NCBI RefSeq assembly: GCF_001194135.2 | Contig: NC_068990.1 | Coordinates: 71,492,961 to 71,530,976 of the forward strand | Source: Octopus bimaculoides | Lineage: Eukaryota | Direction: 5' to 3' | Length of the DNA stretch: 38,016 bases | In this document: piece by piece, positions 1 through 38,016 of the stretch | Position numbering within the stretch: the stretch's first letter is position 1 | Layout: every line of letters begins with the position of its first letter | Made by a program: the position numbers and the translations under genes | Notes under the pieces: model-generated | What the model was told of the DNA's origin: nothing | The model's database searches: none | The model's input: only the letters and a program-made list of their open reading frames with translations

Positions 1-1554
1 CTGAAAATGAGTGAATTTCTGACAAGGTAAACAAATGGATTCTAAGTACAGAATTAACGAAAACAGGAAATGAACGTAGTGACTTAGGTTTCGATTTTTG
101 GTCATGATTTTGTTATATACCTCCTAAATACATACATACATACATGAGAAATCGATCGGCTAATTCGTACATTACAAGAGCAATCTGTGAATGGAACGGT
201 AAAAATATGCAAGATTTTTCTCAAGTTCCAAATGGGAATTTGTCTGCTATTTAGTCTTAATAAATAACATCAAAATAAAAGAAAAAAGAATAGTTATCAT
301 AATATAGTCGTGTTGTTTTGCCTGGAGACTAGCATTGAAGAAAACTGAATGCTTAGTCTGTTATTTCATTCAGTGCTCTGAGATGAGAGCATTAGCTGTG
401 TTCCTGACCTTGAATAAGCCTTTGTTCAAAGCGTTTCAGCCATAACTATCCTGTCTTTTTTTTTTATTCAAATGGTGTATCTAATACTACAATCTTCAAT
501 ATTTCTCAACAATTTTTTAAACAGTATAGTTGACAATAATTTAAGAAAAACATGGTTGCTGTTTCTAGCAAACTAAGCGACCGAATAAAAGCTCGTTATT
601 GACAGTTACAAATGTTATTTTTGTTGCTGCTGCTGCTGCTGCTGCTGCTACTGCTGTGGTTGTTATCACTGCAGCTGTTTTTTTATGGTTCATGTTGCAG
701 CTATTGTTGATACCGATGTTGTTGTTGATTAACTTCCTTACAGAAACATAGATGTGAAATGCAGATATGCGAAGAACAGAGATGTGGTGGTCTCCAGCTA
801 TTCTACTGCTTCTCTTTATTGTGTGATAATATACGCATGTTGTGTGTTGTACGGTAGTGAGATTGTTGCTGCTTTTGTTTAAACTGAGATTACATTTGAT
901 AGAACAGATTGATATTGAAAGACATTCCATCCATGACCAACACATATTTTTGAAAGCATCGCGTACTCCATGAATTAATATCATGGAATATGTTATAAAC
1001 TGTGCAAACTTGGTATCGTTGGAAAACTAAAGAAAAGGCTGCATGACTTTTAAAAAAAATAGGAGTTAAACAATCGCTGCCAATAAGGGCCTCTCTGAGG
1101 AGACACCAATATTAAGGGGATTCCTCATAAAACTGTACCGGGACTATTACTTTTCGCGGTGATTCTCTCAGACATGCCCTCAGTCACAGCCAGCCAGGGT
1201 CTTTTCTATTTGGCTGCCAATTACTGTTTGGGTGCCAATCTCTTCAATTTCGGTTCGAATTGGTTTCATTTTCAGTGTAATGATATACTTTTATATGCTA
1301 ATCAATGCCATGAAAACAATTTTCGCTATAAATCAATACATAAAGAGTTATTAGGTATTAAAGTCTGAAAATTTTGGTTAAATTTAGCCAATCGTAAGCC
1401 ACAGACACATTCATGCCTGTTTCCATAGTAACACACCAAACATTATAACTCTTTTGTCCACGAGAAAGCACGTGTTAATAAATATATTCCAGTCATTGAA
1501 GTGATTGTCATATGTGCTTAAAATAGCAACCAAATAGGCCTTAAATTACGCACC

Positions 1555-2096
1555 AGAGAAGGATGTGGTTTCATACTTGCAAGAAAAAGGCGTTATACTT
1601 AAAAGAAAATTATGGAAAACAAAAAAGCATTTTATGAGTACAAGAAAACGTGGTGGGAGTATGTATTGGTGATGCTCGCGCTAAGGATGCGTGGATTCTG
1701 TGTCAGTGAGGAAAGACACATAGTTTGAAGGTGGCACCCTTCCTCTCAGGACTTTAGAGCTCTTCCTTTATTCATGGGTTAAGGAATTGACATCAGTCCG
1801 GTTTTGTGTTGAAGAACTGGAGATGGACCATTGTACAGCTGTTGATTATAACAGCTCTGTTAAGGAAGAATGTGCAGAAAACCTGCTCTGTCATCCAGTT
1901 AAGGTTGTTGGCCTTGGGAAGATTGTTGAGATCGACGAAACAGTCTTCTTAAGACGAGAATACAACTGAGGAAGAGTCCTACCTGAACAGTGGGTTTTTG
2001 GAGGAGTGTATCGCGAGAACAGACAGGTTTTTCTTTATGAGGTGCCATGTCGGAATCGCGACACACTGGAGGAATGCATATATAAGTTTGTGCTAT
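1555..2096 (+). mobile_element. Degenerate Merlin (IS1595/ISXO2-like DDE) transposase fragment
   Basis: Translates through stops as VVSYLQEKG...W*CSR*GC..SVRKDT*FEG...GKIVEIDETVFLRREYN*GRVLPEQWVFGGVYRENRQVFLYEVPCRNRDTLEECI. The later DDE motifs are missing. Confidence 0.85.
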
Positions 2097-2669
2097 AAGT
2101 TACTTATTTTGAGAAATATTTAATTTGTAATGTGCTGTTTATCGCATTAAATGCATATTGAATGCTTAGAACTACAAAATACGTGTTGTTTACTTTTTTG
2201 CCATTGAGGTGATTGTGAGGTGTGCTAAAAATAACAGCTAAATAACAACTAAATAAGCCTTAAATCACGCACCCCCACAATTTTTTCTTTTTTTTTGGTG
2301 GGGCATAATCGTATGAATTCCCACGTGTAGAATACAAGTCCGCAAAAAGTTTCTGAAAATTCCAAAAAATAAAAAGTTATGAAGGGTTATATGTCGTGCG
2401 TAATTCATTTGTTTATGGGTTCATATAAAAATCCACCTGCTATTTTCAGGATGTTGACAAAATGTGCAGTCACGTACAAGTTGACAGCTTCCAAATTCTG
2501 TTTCCTGAGTGGGTGAAAATTATCAAACCTCTCTAACTTTATTTTCTGGAAAAAGTGAAATATCTCCAGCAATTCAGCTTGGAAAACTACATTAATATGC
2601 CAAATTTTAAAATTTTCAGTATACTTTGAATTTTGAAATTTTGGCAGCCAAACAGAAAAGATCTGTCAA

Positions 2670-3240
2670 CCACATTTACCAGCTATGCTGATGATATAAA
2701 CGTATCGTAAGCGGTCAAGGACTCTGAAAATACCTTAAAACTACAAAAATATTTGAACGCAATATACAAGTGGGTTGAAGAAAATATGCAGTTAAAGCTG
2801 ACAAGTTTCGAACATTTCGATATCGACTCACAAGCAAATTGCAGTTAGAATACACAGAACCAGGGAATCTACGTGAGTGGTGATGCTTTATTCTGTGTGG
2901 TTATTACTAAGATAGCAACCATGTGAAGTCGACTGACTGTCTGGATTCTGAGACCATTCAGAACATGGAAAAAAAAAGAGATTATGTTGCTTCTATGAAG
3001 AATATTCACTTTCAGCCGCAGGAGTTCTATCCCCAGTTATTGTCGCCATAGAGTGTGAAATTAACAACAGAACTCGGTGCAATTCAACGCCTGGATTACC
3101 GGACAAGTTTAAACAAATTGAGGCTTTAGTCCTTGGAGAGAAGGTGTGAAAGATACACAAAGATACACTTCGATTAGATTTAACCTGAGGACGTAAAGAA
3201 ACGTAAATAAATACCATTAGACATGTTTTCGAAGTTTTAC
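2670..3240 (+). mobile_element. Degenerate CR1/L2-type LINE, RT C-terminal fragment
   Basis: YADD at 2684, then LQKYLNAIYKW.EEN.MQL, WILRPFRT..KEIMLLL, ELGAIQR and LRL*SLERR.ERY motifs with stops and frameshifts. Confidence 0.75.
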
Positions 3241-3457
3241 TTATTGCACATAATGGAAACCGAGTTAAGCGTATGTGTTCTGGGGGACTTATGACCGAAG
3301 TCGAAGACTAAGTTTACTGATTCTGCCAAGCCACTACTCAACCCCAATTGCAATAGTTCGTGTGTATCATCATAAATAAATATTTATCCTTTAATATGTA
3401 TAATACTATTGACTAATTTGTAATATGTTTCTCCCTTTTGATTTTCTTTTGTCTCAG

Positions 3458-35555
<32,098 letters not shown>

Positions 35556-35580
35556 CTAAAACGGCAAAAAAAATTATTGT

Positions 35581-35586
35581 AATAAA
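35581..35586 (+). promoter_or_regulatory. Candidate polyadenylation signal AATAAA
   Basis: Lies 25 nt after the putative stop; the AT-rich context makes a chance match possible. Confidence 0.35.
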
Positions 35587-35725
35587 AAAAAACAAAATAT
35601 TTGTTTGTGTAAAGCGTTAATGTTCATTCAAACTTATGCATGTGTGATGAATAGAAATTTGTATTGAAAATGTAAGATTAGTGGAGTACTTGGTTGCGGT
35701 CTTTTATGTATAGAATTCAGTTAGG

Positions 35726-35887
35726 CAGTGACGGCAATAACGGCAGTTACAGCAGCAACAACAATGTATCCGTCGGTAACTGTAACAAGGGCAACAATAG
35801 CAGCAGCAACAACAGCAAAACCGGCAGCACAACCGGCAGTAACAGTATTATTCGCAGCGATACCAGTAGCTGCAACAACAACTACAG
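35726..35887 (+). repeat. Second, diverged copy of the AAC/AGC-rich module at 33892-34056
   Basis: Shares aacaatgtatccgtcggtaac and aacagcaaaacyggcagcacraccggcagtaacagta. Confidence 0.9.
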
Positions 35888-36043
35888 TTTATGGAATGAA
35901 GATAATGCAAGACCGTTAAAATGGATGTCTCTAGGATTGTGACCTCATAAATACGAAAGCCAACACTTTTTGCGTAAGAAATGAAAGTTGCTAGTTCAAT
36001 TCCTTCCCCGCAAGACTTATCGTAGATGGCGTAATAAGTCACA

Positions 36044-36071
36044 CCCGGACAACGTCGGGTTATACTGCTAG
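36044..36071 (+). mobile_element. Helitron-type 3' terminus (hairpin plus CTAG)
   Basis: cccggacaacgtcggg hairpin, 8-nt spacer, CTAG at 36068-36071, followed by T. Confidence 0.65.
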
Positions 36072-37521
36072 TATATATATATATATATATATATNNNNNN
36101 NNNNNNNNNNNNNNNNNNNNNNNNNNNNNNNNNNNNNNNNNNNNNNNNNNNNNNNNNNNNNNNNNNNNNNNNNNNNNNNNNNNNNNNNNNNNNNNNNNNN
36201 NNNNNNNNNNNNNNNNNNNNNNNNNNNNNNNNNNNNNNNNNNNNNNNNNNNNNNNNNNNNNNNNNNNNNNNNNNNNNNNNNNNNNNNNNNNNNNNNNNNN
36301 NNNNNNNAGTATTTCCGACCGTTTGATAACATAGAATCCAGTGCTCTACCTTTTATCTTTCATCTTTTGTTTGTTTCAGTCATTAGACTGCGGCCTTGCT
36401 GGGGCAGGGCCTTGAAGGAATAGTCTACATGAATACATTAGGGATTCATGTAGTATGAATGTGAATATTACTATGAAGTTCATAATGGGTGCAGTTATTG
36501 AAAATCTTACTATATCAGACCGGGTAAAGATTATTTGAAAGTACCAGGAATTTTCTGCCTGTATTAGCTTTGAGGTTTAAGGAGAAAGAGGATGCGAACA
36601 ATATGGTTTCCTTGGGTTTATTCATGGATCTAATGGTTTTCAGATGTATAGGTCTCTTCTCTGAAGCAGCTATTTGGAAGAGCCCTGTTGTAGTAAGGAA
36701 CTGTCTTTAGAAGGACATAGGCTCTAACCTATGTCCCTCTAAAGATATTTCTCTCTTATACTTTTCCAATAAAAATAGGGATTTTATTTTGAAGGTTTTT
36801 CTGCTCAAAATGGTTTTACTGCTCAAAATGGTTTTACTGCGCGTCCAGACCCACACCTGAGCATTTTGACGCCCCTGTGGAAAATGTCCTGCGGCATTTA
36901 ATTAAGAAGGCCTTCTTTGCGTTCTGAGCTCAAATCTTGCTGAGGTCAACTTCGCATTTGTACCTTCTGCGGAAGATTTCTTCTTCTGTTGCATCGTAGA
37001 ATGTTAGTAAATTTAAAATGGAAGATCCAAAATAATTTGCATTGTATTATGCCACAGTTACTGTGGTCGCTGTTGCTGTTTAGATCCGGCTTTGATCGAG
37101 CAAACTTATTATTAAAGGTATTTTTGTCTGGACCATTCCGTCTTTTTGTATATCTAAGACTACATCGTTCAATGTATTCTTCCTATAAGATGACAGGGTA
37201 CAATATGAGATACAATTTATATATCATTTGGACATGCAGTCTCTCTTATTGATTCGTAGTACTACAAGACGTCGGTAAAGATTGCCGTAAATATAGTTAC
37301 AGCAAATACATCATACAGTACGAGAGATCCAGTAAATACGTAATTTAGAATTACAGCTCAGTCAATCGCATTGAATGGCAAAAGCAATAACGACATATAT
37401 GATAATAATGAAGTCAATTCTGCATGTAGGAGAGACACAAAAATTAGTGTGAAGCAGGCATGGTTGTGTGAAGAATAACTCCTTTTAATTTGAAACTGTT
37501 TGTTATATATTCATAAGGTTT

Positions 37522-37675
37522 CAACTGGCAGAATCGTTAGCATGCCGTTAGCTGACCTTGCTTTTCATCCTTTCGGGGTCGATAAATAAGTACCAGTTGA
37601 ACACTAGGGATCGATGCAATCGACTAGTTGCCTCCCTCCAAATTTCAGGCCTTGTGCCTATAGTAGAAAGAATTC
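37522..37675 (+). mobile_element. SINE family 1 with an internal deletion
   Basis: tggcagaatcgttag joined to gaccttgcttttcatcctttcggggtcgat...ggccttgtgcctatagtagaaag. Confidence 0.8.
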
Positions 37676-38016
37676 TGGTGATTAATGTAAAGAAGCTTAT
37701 TACTAACAAATAGCTTACTTGAAAAGCATCTAAAACAAAGTTTTCATTGCAATAGATATTAACTTTTGCAGCGACTACACTTTTATTTCCTCCTCTTTTG
37801 TTTCTATGATTCTTTCTCCCTCAATCGGTTTATGAAGGGTTTCTTGACTTGTTGCTTATCACCAAATTAAGTACGTGCATTCATTCATTCTGCACCTCAC
37901 CTCTCTCTATCTCACTTTTACCCACCCTCTCTCTATACAATGCAAAGCATGACTGGAGAAATTCTCTTACGAACCAACTATTAGTTGATACATACATACA
38001 TACATATATATATATA

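Noticed and set aside
565-984. 139-aa minus-strand ORF
   Set aside because: Driven by (GCT)n and GTT-rich low complexity; no recognisable domain or splice structure.

Overview
AT-rich eukaryotic genomic DNA with nine N-gaps and dense microsatellites. The repeat content suggests an Octopus-like cephalopod (inference). The window is spanned by a + strand, multi-exon class-2 DYRK kinase gene whose residues match DYRK4. I could phase-link its exons at 3458-3752, 7177-7340, 8085-8221, 20236-20374, 22125-22206, 28240-28473, 30039-30168, 30820-30920, probably 32327-32404, and a terminal exon at 35449-35555. The ~141-nt exon for kinase subdomains III-V was not found and probably lies in a gap. The introns hold relics of Merlin, mariner, CR1/L2, R4/Dong-like, Penelope and Helitron elements, a fold-back MITE, and many copies of two tRNA-derived SINE families. 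Top observation: a candidate 18/27-nt microexon (23992-24009 or -24018) with two tandem consensus donors, both frame-preserving, that would insert GSNYQD or GSNYQDGES into the activation loop just before the YTY autophosphorylation motif. Also notable: a train of four retroelement fragments stacked in one (TAA)n tract, R4/Dong-like insertions at SINE (TTA)n tails, a Penelope GIY-YIG domain split by an in-frame ~105-aa Ser/Asn insert, decayed hammerhead-like motifs, and nested inverted repeats that could form dsRNA. All calls are from reading the sequence; no searches were run.
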